Source: Candidatus Latescibacterota bacterium (GTDB taxonomy: Bacteria; Latescibacterota; UBA2968; GCA-2709665). From it: 64,000 nucleotides of DNA. This document shows positions 8,713 to 18,206 of this stretch, piece after piece (position 1 is the stretch's first letter; the number at the start of each line of letters is the position of its first letter). The position numbers and the translations under genes are program-made. The stretch covers positions 5,116,621-5,180,620 of the forward strand of contig OZ242358.1 in NCBI GenBank assembly GCA_965208835.1. The letters are read 5' to 3'. The notes below the pieces were generated by a model. It made no database searches, was not told where the DNA came from, and saw nothing but the letters and a program-made list of their open reading frames with translations.

Positions 8713-9825
8713 TTAAGGCGTGAAGATGAAAATCTGATCCGTAATCGACTCAGGAGAATGACCGCCATCCGTCGTCTTCAATCCGCCGGCGATAAGAACG
8801 CGGCCGTCATCGAGGAGCGTAACCGTCTGCCCGGATCGCCAAGATCCTATGTTGTGTCCCGTAGGTGAAAATACCTGGGTGTCCGGATTGTACAGTGCGA
8901 TATTGCCGTTGTCCCGGTGGATGAAAAACACCCTGCCGGACGGCAGCAGCAGGGCGGCTAAGGGATCCATTACGGAAGTTCCGGCGGGCGAGAAGGTGTT
9001 TGTCTCGGGGTTGTAGATCTCGGGAGTCTGTGCGCGACGCCCGTCTCGCCTGTAGCCGCCGACGATCATTACCCTGCCGTCCTGAAGGAGCACCGCCTTA
9101 TGGAGCATGCGGTCGACGTGCAGGCTGCCTGCCTCGGAAAAGGCTTCGGTCGAGGGATCATAGATGAAATTCTGTCCCAGCAACCATTCCCTCCCGATGG
9201 TTCTTCCTCCAACGATCAGCACGCGGCCGTCCTTCAACAAAGTCGCCGTATGCCCAAATCCTGGATGGTCCATCGCGAATGTGTCGGAAAGTGCGCCTGT
9301 AGCGGGATCGAAAACACGCCATCGTCCACCCCCGGGGTGTCCGCTGAGTAAAAGGATCTCTCCGTTGGGCAACACGGTGGCAGTCTCGGTCCCGACCGAA
9401 AAAGGTGCGTCTGCAACGGTGTCGAATCTGCCGGAATGAGGATCGTACTTCTCAATGGGGAGTCTAAGGAAACTGGATATAACCAGGACCCGACCGTCGG
9501 GAAGCAATATTCCGTGGTCCTTGCTGCGACTGGCGGTCAGGTCTCCCGTAGGCGTTGAGACCCCGGTTTCAGGATCGAAAATCTCCGCGCTGACAAGAAG
9601 ATCTTGCTCGATTACACCCCCTCCCGCAGGAGGTAGTGCCGCGTTGCCGCCGGCAATCAGGACCTTGCCATTCTGCAATAGTGTCGCGACATGCAAATTT
9701 CGCGGTCGAGTCAGATTTCCGACCTCATGGAGACCCCGTTCAAGGTCCGGCGCCGTCACCGAATCGCTTCCGCAAGCGCAGAGGCTCGAGAGGACTAACA
9801 GCGCAAGCAAGATTCTGGTGGTCAT
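8713..9825 (-). CDS. Kelch/galactose-oxidase-repeat beta-propeller lipoprotein
   Basis: Lipobox 'LSSLCAC-G', repeated 'R..HTATLLxDGRVLIxGG...EIYDP' units, and an RBS before ATG 9825. Confidence 0.88.
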   Translation of the reverse strand: MTTRILLALLVLSSLCACGSDSVTAPDLERGLHEVGNLTRPRNLHVATLLQNGKVLIAGGNAALPPAGGGVIEQDLLVSAEIFDPETGVSTPTGDLTASRSKDHGILLPDGRVLVISSFLRLPIEKYDPHSGRFDTVADAPFSVGTETATVLPNGEILLLSGHPGGGRWRVFDPATGALSDTFAMDHPGFGHTATLLKDGRVLIVGGRTIGREWLLGQNFIYDPSTEAFSEAGSLHVDRMLHKAVLLQDGRVMIVGGYRRDGRRAQTPEIYNPETNTFSPAGTSVMDPLAALLLPSGRVFFIHRDNGNIALYNPDTQVFSPTGHNIGSWRSGQTVTLLDDGRVLIAGGLKTTDGGHSPESITDQIFIFTP

Positions 9826-9879
9826 TTTCTTCTTCCCTCGTTGAGGAATGAACTGACATCCCCACAACGTATCAGCCGT

Positions 9880-10085
9880 CGCCGACCCCTTCGACAGGCT
9901 CAGGGCAGCGCCTTCGACCCTTCGACAGGCTCAGGGACCGTAGGCCCAGGGCAGCGCGTTCGACATTTCGACGAACTCAATGCAGGCAGGCTTAGGGCAG
10001 GTTACGGGTCTCCTGAAAGCGGCCCAATGACGTTAAATGAACGAATTAACGCGTGGTCATTGAGCTTGTCGAAATGCCCGCTATT
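9880..10085. repeat. Cluster of CTTCGACA(G/A)GCTCAGG REP-like units
   Basis: CCCTTCGACAGGCTCAGGG occurs twice at about 9887-9937, with degenerate and inverted units to about 10075. The same family occurs at 23110-23235 and 36060-36185. Confidence 0.7.
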
Positions 10086-10127
10086 CAACGACGCTTCGAC
10101 CCCTCGACGATGGTTATTGCGAAGCAT

Positions 10128-10425
10128 GTCATTCTAAGCGCAGCGAAGACTCTCCCGTCCGTTCCGTGCAGCAGGACGACGTGCTGCCTCTCAGGTGTCG
10201 CCACGTGGTAATTGCACTGGGTTGATCCCATGCTGCAGTAGATCCTTCGTCGGCCTGGGGCGCCTCTGCACGACAATCTGATCTCATGTGAATGAAACAG
10301 AAGTGATTCCTGGACGTTGCACCCTGGCCTCCTCTGGATGACAGCGGGAAGCATCGTGCTTGACGATCGGCCAGCCTGTCATTCTGAGCGATGCGGGCAG
10401 ACAGGAATGTCCGCCCCACCTTCAC
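10128..10425. repeat. Mosaic of REP-like units (GTCATTCT[A/G]AGCG family plus GGACATTCCTGTC copy 2)
   Basis: GTCATTCTAAGCGCAGCGAAG at 10128, GTCATTCTGAGCG at 10378, and a 31-bp copy at 10395-10425. Confidence 0.6.
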
Positions 10426-10552
10426 TTCGGCTTCCTCACTGCTTATGTTGGGATTCGATCCTGCCGTTCTCTTCGCTGACGTCGCTTGGCGTGTATATCC
10501 TGAATCCCGTAGAGCCGTTATTCCATCCATGTTTCGGTTGGCCCCGACAATC

Positions 10553-10625
10553 CTATTCTGCGATCACAAAACCGGCGCCCTTTTCGACGGTTACGCCGCT
10601 GTTGCTGTCGTGGATCAGATACTGT
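10553..10625 (-). pseudogene. Relic 3' end of a GWxTD long-subtype paralogue
   Basis: Translates 'QYLIHDSNSGVTVEKGAGFVIAE*' versus A3 'VTVRDRNTSKTVEKDAGFVIAKTY*'. DNA ATCACAAAACCGGCG(C/T)CCTT(T/C)TCGACGGTT is shared with 4951-4980. Confidence 0.75.
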
Positions 10626-10666
10626 ATCAAATGTCCACCCGTAATCCGCACGCACGCCCACCTCGG

Positions 10667-11761
10667 CTAAGGGCGGTACGCAAGTATCTGATCGATGGAC
10701 TCTCCATTTTTTGACCCGCCAATAATCAGCACACGCCCGTCGCGAAGCGCAGTAACGCTATACAGCTTGTAGTCTAGCCCGATACTGTGGCCTGTGGGAT
10801 GAAATGTCCCGTTTTCAGGGTCGTAGAGTACCACGTCGCCGTTGCGGAGGATGAAAAATACATTCCCATTATTTAAAACAGCGGCAGCTCGAATCTGCTC
10901 GCTGCCCGGGCTCCCTGCGGGCAAAAACGTGCCGTTGGTGGGGTCGTAACGCTCAGCGGCCGTGACCTGCGTCGGAGAGGACGGATCACCTATTCTGCCG
11001 CCTGCAATGAACACGCTGCCGTTCCGAAGCAGCAGCGCCGCATGTCCGTATCGCTCGTGCGTCAGACCCCCGACCTTCGTAATAATATTGGACGATGGGT
11101 CGTAGATTTCAGAATCTCTAACCGCACGATCGGTAATGCCACCGGTAATCAAGGCCCGCCCATCCCGCAGCATTGTCGCCGTATATGCCCCGCGAGGGAC
11201 CGCCAGCCTGTTCTTGAATTCAAACTCGCCCGTTTCCGGATCGATCGTCCAGATCGCGCCGGATCGACCGAATGCAAGGATTTTTCCATCTGAAAGCGCC
11301 ATGGATTTGGAGATTTTTTCGAATGCGGGATTGAATTGAACTGGCGTAAATTCGCCGGTTCGTGGATTGAATATTTCCACCGGGTAAGTCTTTGAACGGG
11401 TATGCTGAGTTGCGCTTGCAAATACAACCCGGCCGTCTGGCAGCAACGTTCCCTTGTCGTTCATTCGTGCGGTCGACATGCTGTGGGTTGCCCTGGAGGA
11501 TCCGGTTTCGGGATCGAAAATCTCCGCACTGCTATGATACGTCGCGTATGCATCGGGCCCACCCGTCGCGGCGCCTCCACCGATAAGTACCCTTCCGTCC
11601 TGCAACAATATCGAGTAGTGCGAGTGCCGCTTGTCCGTCATGCGTCCGGCGACTGCAAAGCCGATCCGTTCGCTCTTCGCCTCCGGGGACGTCGGCGCGG
11701 GCGAACCGCAACCCATCAGGCTTGAGACAATTGCCAGTGCGGAAATCATCCTGACGGTCAT
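10667..11761 (-). CDS. Kelch/galactose-oxidase-repeat beta-propeller lipoprotein (paralogue)
   Basis: Lipobox 'SSLMGC-G', repeats such as 'HYSILLQDGRVLIGGG...SAEIFDP', and a C-terminal 'IDQILAYRP' like the neighbour's 'TDQIFIFTP'. Confidence 0.88.
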   Translation of the reverse strand: MTVRMISALAIVSSLMGCGSPAPTSPEAKSERIGFAVAGRMTDKRHSHYSILLQDGRVLIGGGAATGGPDAYATYHSSAEIFDPETGSSRATHSMSTARMNDKGTLLPDGRVVFASATQHTRSKTYPVEIFNPRTGEFTPVQFNPAFEKISKSMALSDGKILAFGRSGAIWTIDPETGEFEFKNRLAVPRGAYTATMLRDGRALITGGITDRAVRDSEIYDPSSNIITKVGGLTHERYGHAALLLRNGSVFIAGGRIGDPSSPTQVTAAERYDPTNGTFLPAGSPGSEQIRAAAVLNNGNVFFILRNGDVVLYDPENGTFHPTGHSIGLDYKLYSVTALRDGRVLIIGGSKNGESIDQILAYRP

Positions 11762-11840
11762 CGAATGTCCTTCCACGGAAAATAAACGGGTAAAACCAAA
11801 TCAGAAATCCACATCTCCCCAGATTTCATGCCTACGGCGT

Positions 11841-11993
11841 GTTCCTTAAAAGCGGGGAGACGGAAGAGGTAAGAGGTGAGAGATCGTCTGCCTTGTGTGG
11901 ATTCAACTCAGGCCGCAGGCAAGTGGAGAGAATAAATCGGGCAAGGTCTTCATCTCCCGTCTACCCTCTCCCCTCTACCCGCCTTTGAGGAAC
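11841..11993 (+). repeat. Structured ~130-200 bp intergenic repeat (GCCTTG...GGCAAGG core), copy A
   Basis: Purine-rich arm, core GAGATCGTCTGCCTTGTG...GCCGCAGGC...GGCAAGG, pyrimidine-rich arm. The ends GTTCCTTAAAAGCGGG and CCCGCCTTTGAGGAAC are near-perfect inverted repeats. Homologous to 47033, 49602 and 59901. Confidence 0.7.
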
Positions 11994-12020
11994 CTCTCGC
12001 CCTGAATCCAGCAGGCATTA

Positions 12021-15000
12021 CTAAGGCGCAATAACAAACACAACGTCTTTCTCCGCCGTTTCACCGCTGTTCCTGTCTTCGATTGATACCTTCAGCGAGT
12101 ATCGGCCCGGAACCTGTTCAGCGAGGTCCAATTCAACATATTCCACTTCCTGTGCCGCCTCCCCCTGCTGTTCGTAGGTGACGGCCAGTTCCTCGCGTAT
12201 CCCGGGTCGCCAGCGGAAGAGGCGGGAGATGTTGCTGGTTGCTCCCGGTATGTCTCTGGATGTGATCGTGTGGGATACAGTGTAATTGGTCTGCCCGAAC
12301 CCGTCTTTCGCCAGGTTGTAGATTTCATAGTACACGAACACGCCCTGGCCTTTCTTGAACGTCCGCGACGGCATTGGAACGACGTTCAGGTCTCCCTTGT
12401 TGAACGGGCTGTCCGCTCTTTCCTCTGCTACCTTCCAGGCCAGTTCCAGGTCGCTGATTTGCAGCCGGTCCTCTCCATACGGCTCCACAACAACCTGCTG
12501 GCTGTAGGCGCCCATGCGTCCTCTGAGCCGGTCCTGCGACCTCACCTCCAGACGGTAGGCGCCGGGCGGCAGGTTCAGCTTCAGCACGCCGGGAACCTGG
12601 ATGCCCTCTCCGGCCTGGTTTCCTTTCGCCTCGTACGTCAATCCATCCGATTGCCGGTAGACCGTGTCCAGCGTGGATGAAATCAGCGCCGCATGGTGCG
12701 TGAGCACCTGACGCGTGACGTTCTCTTCCGAATCGTAGTGGGCAGGCAGGATGGGGACCCCGTAGTAGATTTCCAGGAGGCTGCGGTCATCCTCGCCCCT
12801 GAAGTCAGCCAGTGAATAGTGGAAATCGAGAGGCGCCGACTCCTCTTCCGGCGCATAGTAATTGGGTGTTACACGTGCCGCTCGCTTGTAGATCTCTCTT
12901 GGAGAGTGGGTTCTTAACTTTGCGGTCTGGCCGAGGTCAATGTCACCCCGGTCGGGCGGCATCGGGGCGTATTCGTACGTTCCGGCGCCGAATTCGTCCG
13001 TAAAGGTGATTTCAAGGCCGCCGCCCACGTTTGTATAGATCCACGTTTCCCACGGGATGGTGCTCATGTCTTCGCCGGAAGTAACCGGTTGATAGTTGCC
13101 AAACCCCAGTCGCTTGTCCATATCCATGAGCCCCAGCTTGACGGTATCCATAACGTCCTCCACCGGTACGGGTCCCTCAAACCCTCCACCCCCACCGGAG
13201 AATTCATCCCCACCTCCGGAACTACCGCCTTCGCCGGGCGGTCCCACATTACCCCTACGCGGACCCGGAGTCTCCGCTTCTGGAAACTCGTACCATTCGC
13301 CCTCGAGTCGTCGCTTGCCGCGTATGGGAAAGACCGGCCCCGTAAACGTCTCTCCCATTCCATCGCCGCCGTAGATATTCGCGGCGAGGCGTTCCTTGAC
13401 CCGCTGAACGGCCAGGCTTTGTTTGTAGTTGGGCCGATCCGATCTGGAGCGGTGGTCCGGTTCTCCAAACCGGATGTAGACCTCGCCTCTGATGTCCCAC
13501 GGCTGCTTGTTCTCCGAAAATTCCGTGAGCGCCTGCCAGACACGACGGTAGTGTTCCAGCAGGCGTTCGTTTACCGGCGTGGACAGGTCCGGATCGCGGT
13601 CGTTCCAGAACCGTTTCAGGAATGCGGCCCGTTCACGCTCGGGAGTATCGTTGAATTCGGCCAATTCTTCCGATGACGAGACCAGGCGGATATCTTCGTA
13701 CAAACCACGCTCATCCGGCGCGAGTTTTTTTACGTAGTCCTGAAAGAACTCCATTGCCATGTCGGCCTTTCCCTGCTTCATGGACGCCTGCGCGACGATC
13801 GGCATGAGTTCAATCGCATCGGGGTTCTCCGCGACGAAACCCAGCAGCTTCGCCATGATTTTCTCGTAGTCTTCGATCATCAGGTAGGCGACGCCCAGCC
13901 GGCTGCGCAGACCGGAATCGCCGGGTCTCAGCGCCATATATCGGGTGTACCAGACAATGGCCTGTTCGTAGTCCTTCCAGAAATCGGCGTACCACTCGCC
14001 CATCAGGCGATAGGCGTCCGCATAGTCCGGGTCGAGCTCCAGCACCCGTTCGACCGCGCGGCCCACGTCGTATTCATTCAACTGGTAGCGCATTCTTGCG
14101 ATCTGATATCGGGCGTCCACGTACCCGTGGTCACGGGCAAGGGCCTCCTGGAAATAGTGGATGGCCAGGTTGCGTTCCTTCGGAATCTCCGCGTAGACCA
14201 GACCCACACCGTAATAGGCCCTGGCGCCTCCCTGTAGAGAGATCGCTTTCTTGAAAGCCCACATCGCCCGCTCGTAGTCTTCCGCCTTGTAGTACGCGTG
14301 GCCGAGTTCGATATGGAGAGGCGCGTCCTTCGGGCGCTGGACGGCAACGAGACGGAACAGTCCGGCCGCCTCCCGCAGCCGGTTCTCTCTGGTGCGCTGC
14401 ACCACAACCGCGAAAAGAGAGTCGACCGTCTCGGAACGCATATCCACCGCCTCGAGGCTTCGCGCATCCGGCGTTTGCGTCAGGTGAAGATACCGGTCCG
14501 AGTGCCGGAAACACGCCAGGATTGGCATGCCGGGAGCGGCGTCCGGCCGATATAGATATTCGATCAACGGCTCCGAATCGGAAGTTGTCGGACAGCTGAA
14601 GACAATGTCGAGGACTTCCTTGTCTCGCCTGAGTTCCGGTTCGCTGGACGCCTGCATATCTACGTTCTGTTTCATCCACCCATACAGAACGCTGTGTTCA
14701 TTCGGAAGGGCGCCGTGCTTTTCGGCGTAGCGGTGCGCCAAGTCGTTCAATACGAGCATGTGTTCCAGGCAGGCATGCTCTCCTGCGGCGGCGCCGGTTC
14801 TCAGCTGTTGCTCGCGCAGCGTCGCCACGTACGCGAGGCAGCTTGCTTTCGACATCCGGAGGTCCTTGTGATGTTTATGGAATCCCGCGAACATCCGTTC
14901 AACGGCCTTTCGCGCGTCCTTCTCTCTGTGGCGGTCCGCCCGGTGCACGGCTGAATTCATCCGGCTGATCCGGATCATTCCTCTTTGAAGTTCAGCCAGG

Positions 15001-15809
15001 GCTCTATGAAGGGAAGCCTGTTCCCGAGCGTCCGGAGTGGATTCGAATTCGGCGCGAGGGGCCTGAGCAGTAGCACGAACGCTGGCGGCTTCGAAGGCGG
15101 TTTCAGTACCCACTTCTCCGGTTTCCACGTGAATGAATTTCACGTCTTCCAACGTCGAATCACTCTCGACAAAGTAGATTTTCGCACCGTCTCCGGACCA
15201 ACGCGGGGCACCGGTTGACCTGCCAATCCAGAGTCGCGTTGCCTGTCCCGATCGGTCAACCCTCCAGAGCCCCGGTCGACCCCAGTCCACCAGCGCGTCC
15301 CACTCGCCCCGCACCGCGAGAAAGTGGCCGTCGGGCGAGAGGGCAAGGTCCAATGGATTGAGCTCTGGAGGGAGCGGCCAGCGGGACTCGTCCGATCCGT
15401 CGATCGCCAATTCCCAAATCCGATTCTTGACTATCGGCAGGCTGCGGCCACCCGAGAGATAGGATCCGAACGCGGGATATCTGAGGCCGTGTTCGAGATA
15501 GACCAGAGCGCTGCCGTCAGGCAGGAATCCGAGGGAGCCCGCCGCACCCGGATAGGTCCTGATCCTTTCGCGACTGGCGCCGCCGTCTCGGGACAGCCAT
15601 ATCTCCGTCAGCAACGCCCTCCGTTCGCCCTGTTGGACGGAGTACGTGCGCATCTGGCCATTTGGAGACATCACTGATCGGATCTCCGCTAAGGCGGGGG
15701 GTTGTGGGTACAACAGCATTGCCGCAAGCAACACCGTCCCATACGACAATCCGGTACCGGGAGTCGTCCGTGCGGCATTAAGGTTGTTTGTCGTCTTAGA
15801 ATCGACCAT
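12021..15809 (-). CDS. Exported GWxTD-domain/TPR protein, long subtype (A2), with N-terminal TolB-like propeller
   Basis: Signal-like 'VLLAAMLLYPQPPALA', 'ALSPDG' and 'PRWSGDG' blades, TPRs, 'FWNDRDPDLSTPVNERLLEHYRRVWQA...PWDIRGEVYIRFGEPD', Ig-like C-terminus. Start is uncertain (ORF open to 15905; ATG 15809 chosen). Confidence 0.85.
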   Translation of the reverse strand: MVDSKTTNNLNAARTTPGTGLSYGTVLLAAMLLYPQPPALAEIRSVMSPNGQMRTYSVQQGERRALLTEIWLSRDGGASRERIRTYPGAAGSLGFLPDGSALVYLEHGLRYPAFGSYLSGGRSLPIVKNRIWELAIDGSDESRWPLPPELNPLDLALSPDGHFLAVRGEWDALVDWGRPGLWRVDRSGQATRLWIGRSTGAPRWSGDGAKIYFVESDSTLEDVKFIHVETGEVGTETAFEAASVRATAQAPRAEFESTPDAREQASLHRALAELQRGMIRISRMNSAVHRADRHREKDARKAVERMFAGFHKHHKDLRMSKASCLAYVATLREQQLRTGAAAGEHACLEHMLVLNDLAHRYAEKHGALPNEHSVLYGWMKQNVDMQASSEPELRRDKEVLDIVFSCPTTSDSEPLIEYLYRPDAAPGMPILACFRHSDRYLHLTQTPDARSLEAVDMRSETVDSLFAVVVQRTRENRLREAAGLFRLVAVQRPKDAPLHIELGHAYYKAEDYERAMWAFKKAISLQGGARAYYGVGLVYAEIPKERNLAIHYFQEALARDHGYVDARYQIARMRYQLNEYDVGRAVERVLELDPDYADAYRLMGEWYADFWKDYEQAIVWYTRYMALRPGDSGLRSRLGVAYLMIEDYEKIMAKLLGFVAENPDAIELMPIVAQASMKQGKADMAMEFFQDYVKKLAPDERGLYEDIRLVSSSEELAEFNDTPERERAAFLKRFWNDRDPDLSTPVNERLLEHYRRVWQALTEFSENKQPWDIRGEVYIRFGEPDHRSRSDRPNYKQSLAVQRVKERLAANIYGGDGMGETFTGPVFPIRGKRRLEGEWYEFPEAETPGPRRGNVGPPGEGGSSGGGDEFSGGGGGFEGPVPVEDVMDTVKLGLMDMDKRLGFGNYQPVTSGEDMSTIPWETWIYTNVGGGLEITFTDEFGAGTYEYAPMPPDRGDIDLGQTAKLRTHSPREIYKRAARVTPNYYAPEEESAPLDFHYSLADFRGEDDRSLLEIYYGVPILPAHYDSEENVTRQVLTHHAALISSTLDTVYRQSDGLTYEAKGNQAGEGIQVPGVLKLNLPPGAYRLEVRSQDRLRGRMGAYSQQVVVEPYGEDRLQISDLELAWKVAEERADSPFNKGDLNVVPMPSRTFKKGQGVFVYYEIYNLAKDGFGQTNYTVSHTITSRDIPGATSNISRLFRWRPGIREELAVTYEQQGEAAQEVEYVELDLAEQVPGRYSLKVSIEDRNSGETAEKDVVFVIAP

Positions 15810-15905
15810 CTGGCCTGTCCCAGCTACTGCCTCTGAAGAAAACATCCTGGAGCACAATACTCCAGGACACGGAGAATTACGTTTACGAATCTTAATTTCG
15901 GTCAA

Positions 15906-16952
15906 TTATCTGCGGACCATCAGCACGCGAAATCCGGTACGACTTCCTCTCAAGCCCCTCGTCCGCACAGCAGACCGGACTTCAAGGACGTCGTCCAGAT
16001 ACGCCCCCCCCTTGATAACGATAAATTCACCCGGAAATGCGTAACCGGCCAATTCAACGGGCGTGGGTTGATCAGGTCCCCTGGGATCGGTCTGCGGCTC
16101 TCCCGTATAAGGACCGTAGACATCCTGCACCCATTCCCAGACATTCCCGTGCATATCGTACAATCCCCACGGATTCGCAAAAACACCGCCTGTTTCCTGT
16201 GGCTCCGGGTTTCCGTATGCGACAATCCCGTTCTCCAGAACAGTTGCGCTGCGCGAGTTTTCGTAATAGCGCGCGTAACTGCCGACGTGACTGGGGTCGG
16301 CACCAAATGACCACGCCGTTGTTGTGCCAGCCCTGCACGCGTATTCCCACTCCGCCTCCGTGGGCAAACGGAAAATATCCCTCCCTTTTGTTTCGTTCAA
16401 TCTACGGACGAAAGTCTGGACATCCCTCCAAGGCAAATTAAACGCCGGAAAATTCGCCTTTCTGGGGTCTCCTTCGACGCCGGGTGTCGACCACGGTCTC
16501 GTATTCATTACGGCCTCCCACTGCGCCTGCGTGACTTCATATTTACCCAAGTAGAACCCCTTCGTGATCGTGACCTCATGTTGGGGACCCTCATCGTCAT
16601 CTCGACCGGACTCTGAATCGGGCGATCCCATCATAAACCGCCCCGGTTGTATCCACACCATTTCCAGGTCTATCCCTCTCGGAAGCGTTATAGTGATGTT
16701 CTCTTCCGGCATACCTTCGCCAAACCGCTTCGCGAAGAGGATGAAATCCGGAAAATCGACACTTCCGCTGCCATCAAGGTCGAAATTGGACTGATTTGAC
16801 CCGAACGCCTGCGCGAACAGGATGAAGTCCCCGAAGTCCACAATGCCATTGGCGTCGAAATCGGCGTTACGGGAGGCCTGGGCGATCAAATGCTGCTTCG
16901 ACGCCAATAGCGCTCCGACGGCAAGCAACGCGATAATTGCATTTCGTCTCAT
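15906..16952 (-). CDS. Secreted FGE-sulfatase (SUMF1/EgtB/PvdO)-fold protein with N-terminal EF-hand/dockerin-like module, copy 1
   Basis: Signal peptide, 'ADFDANGIVDFGDF...FDLDGSGSVDFPDF', 'FMMGS...EGPQHEV...KYEVTQAQW', 'RLPTEAEWEYACRAGT', 'NPWGLYDMHGNVWEW', terminal 'GFR'. RBS CAGGAGA. Confidence 0.92.
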   Translation of the reverse strand: MRRNAIIALLAVGALLASKQHLIAQASRNADFDANGIVDFGDFILFAQAFGSNQSNFDLDGSGSVDFPDFILFAKRFGEGMPEENITITLPRGIDLEMVWIQPGRFMMGSPDSESGRDDDEGPQHEVTITKGFYLGKYEVTQAQWEAVMNTRPWSTPGVEGDPRKANFPAFNLPWRDVQTFVRRLNETKGRDIFRLPTEAEWEYACRAGTTTAWSFGADPSHVGSYARYYENSRSATVLENGIVAYGNPEPQETGGVFANPWGLYDMHGNVWEWVQDVYGPYTGEPQTDPRGPDQPTPVELAGYAFPGEFIVIKGGAYLDDVLEVRSAVRTRGLRGSRTGFRVLMVRR

Positions 16953-17065
16953 TTTACACAAATCTCCTGCTGGTCAACGAACCACGACGCGTGCGCGATT
17001 CGGTATATGACGTCTCAATGCCCAAGACCATTATCGATAAGGCGATTCACGGCTCCTGATCGAAC
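16953..17065 (-). repeat. Conserved spacer of the tandem FGE array
   Basis: CAACGAACCACGACGCGTGCG...GA(T/C)AAGGCGA(T/C)TCACGG recurs at 18095-18206 and 19257-19376, so gene plus spacer were duplicated as one unit. Confidence 0.85.
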
Positions 17066-18094
17066 TTACCTGTATTCCATCAACAAGCGAAATCCGGTGA
17101 AGTCGTTTGGCACCCACCCGACCGATCGGGAAGCCGACCGTATCCACTCGGGGCGGTCGAAACTGGATCCTCCTCGTTCGACGTGGCTGCCACTAGGAGT
17201 GCGACTTCCAGTGGGACCTTCGGGGCCCCCGGGATCAACCTGCGGCTGTTCTGAGAATGGACCGAAGTAATCCTGCACCAACTCCCGCACATTCCCGTGC
17301 ATATCGTACAGGCCCCAGGGGTTTGGAAATACACTTCCTGTTTCCTGAACCTCCGGGCTTCCATAGGCTATGCTACCGTCATTCCTAACGATCGTCGTTC
17401 GTGAGTTCTCATAATAACGTGCGAAATCGGCGATTCGGGTGGAATCCTCACCGAACGACCAGCGGGTCGTCGTGCCGGCCCTGCACGCATATTCCCACTC
17501 CGCCTCCGTGGGCAATCGGAAGACGTCCTTTCCTTCCGCATCGTTCAGTTTACGGATGAATGTCTCGACGTGCTGCCAGCGCATTCTGTTGGCCGGAAAG
17601 TTCCCCCGGTCCTGAGAAACCGATCCCGTAACCCAGGGACTGGTATTCATTACGCTTTCCCACTGCGCCTGCGTGACTTCGTACTTTCCGAGGTAGAATC
17701 CCTTTGTGATCGTTACCTGATGCTGGGGACCCTCGTGATCCTCCCTACCGGACTCAGAATCGGGCGATCCCATCAGGAACCTTCCAGGCTGGATCCAGAC
17801 CATCGCCAGCTTCACATCGCCGGGAAGCGTTATGGTGATGCTTTCTTCCGGCGCGCCCTCCCCGAACTGCTTCGCAAAGAGAATGAAGTCCGGAAAGTCC
17901 ACGTTCCCGTTGCCGTCTAGATCGAAACCGGATTGATCGGACCCGAACGCCTGAGCGAAGAGGATAAAATCACCGAAATCCACAATACCATTGGCGTCGA
18001 AATCCGCATCACGGGCGGACTGGGCTGTCGCAATCTGTTTCGCAGTCAGCATCGCTGCGAGGGCAAGCAAGCCAATAATTGCATTTCGTCTCAT
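17066..18094 (-). CDS. Secreted FGE-fold protein with EF-hand/dockerin-like module, copy 2
   Basis: Same architecture and motifs as copy 1. Confidence 0.92.
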   Translation of the reverse strand: MRRNAIIGLLALAAMLTAKQIATAQSARDADFDANGIVDFGDFILFAQAFGSDQSGFDLDGNGNVDFPDFILFAKQFGEGAPEESITITLPGDVKLAMVWIQPGRFLMGSPDSESGREDHEGPQHQVTITKGFYLGKYEVTQAQWESVMNTSPWVTGSVSQDRGNFPANRMRWQHVETFIRKLNDAEGKDVFRLPTEAEWEYACRAGTTTRWSFGEDSTRIADFARYYENSRTTIVRNDGSIAYGSPEVQETGSVFPNPWGLYDMHGNVRELVQDYFGPFSEQPQVDPGGPEGPTGSRTPSGSHVERGGSSFDRPEWIRSASRSVGWVPNDFTGFRLLMEYR

Positions 18095-18206
18095 TTCACA
18101 CAGATCTCCTGCTAATCAACGAACCACGACGCGTGCGTGATTCAGCGTATGACGTGCAATGACCGGGACCACTATCGATAAGGCGATTCACGGCACCTGA
18201 TCGAAC

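Noticed and set aside
9880-10085. CRISPR array
   Set aside because: Units are short, degenerate, irregularly spaced and partly inverted; no cas genes; the family is dispersed like REPs.
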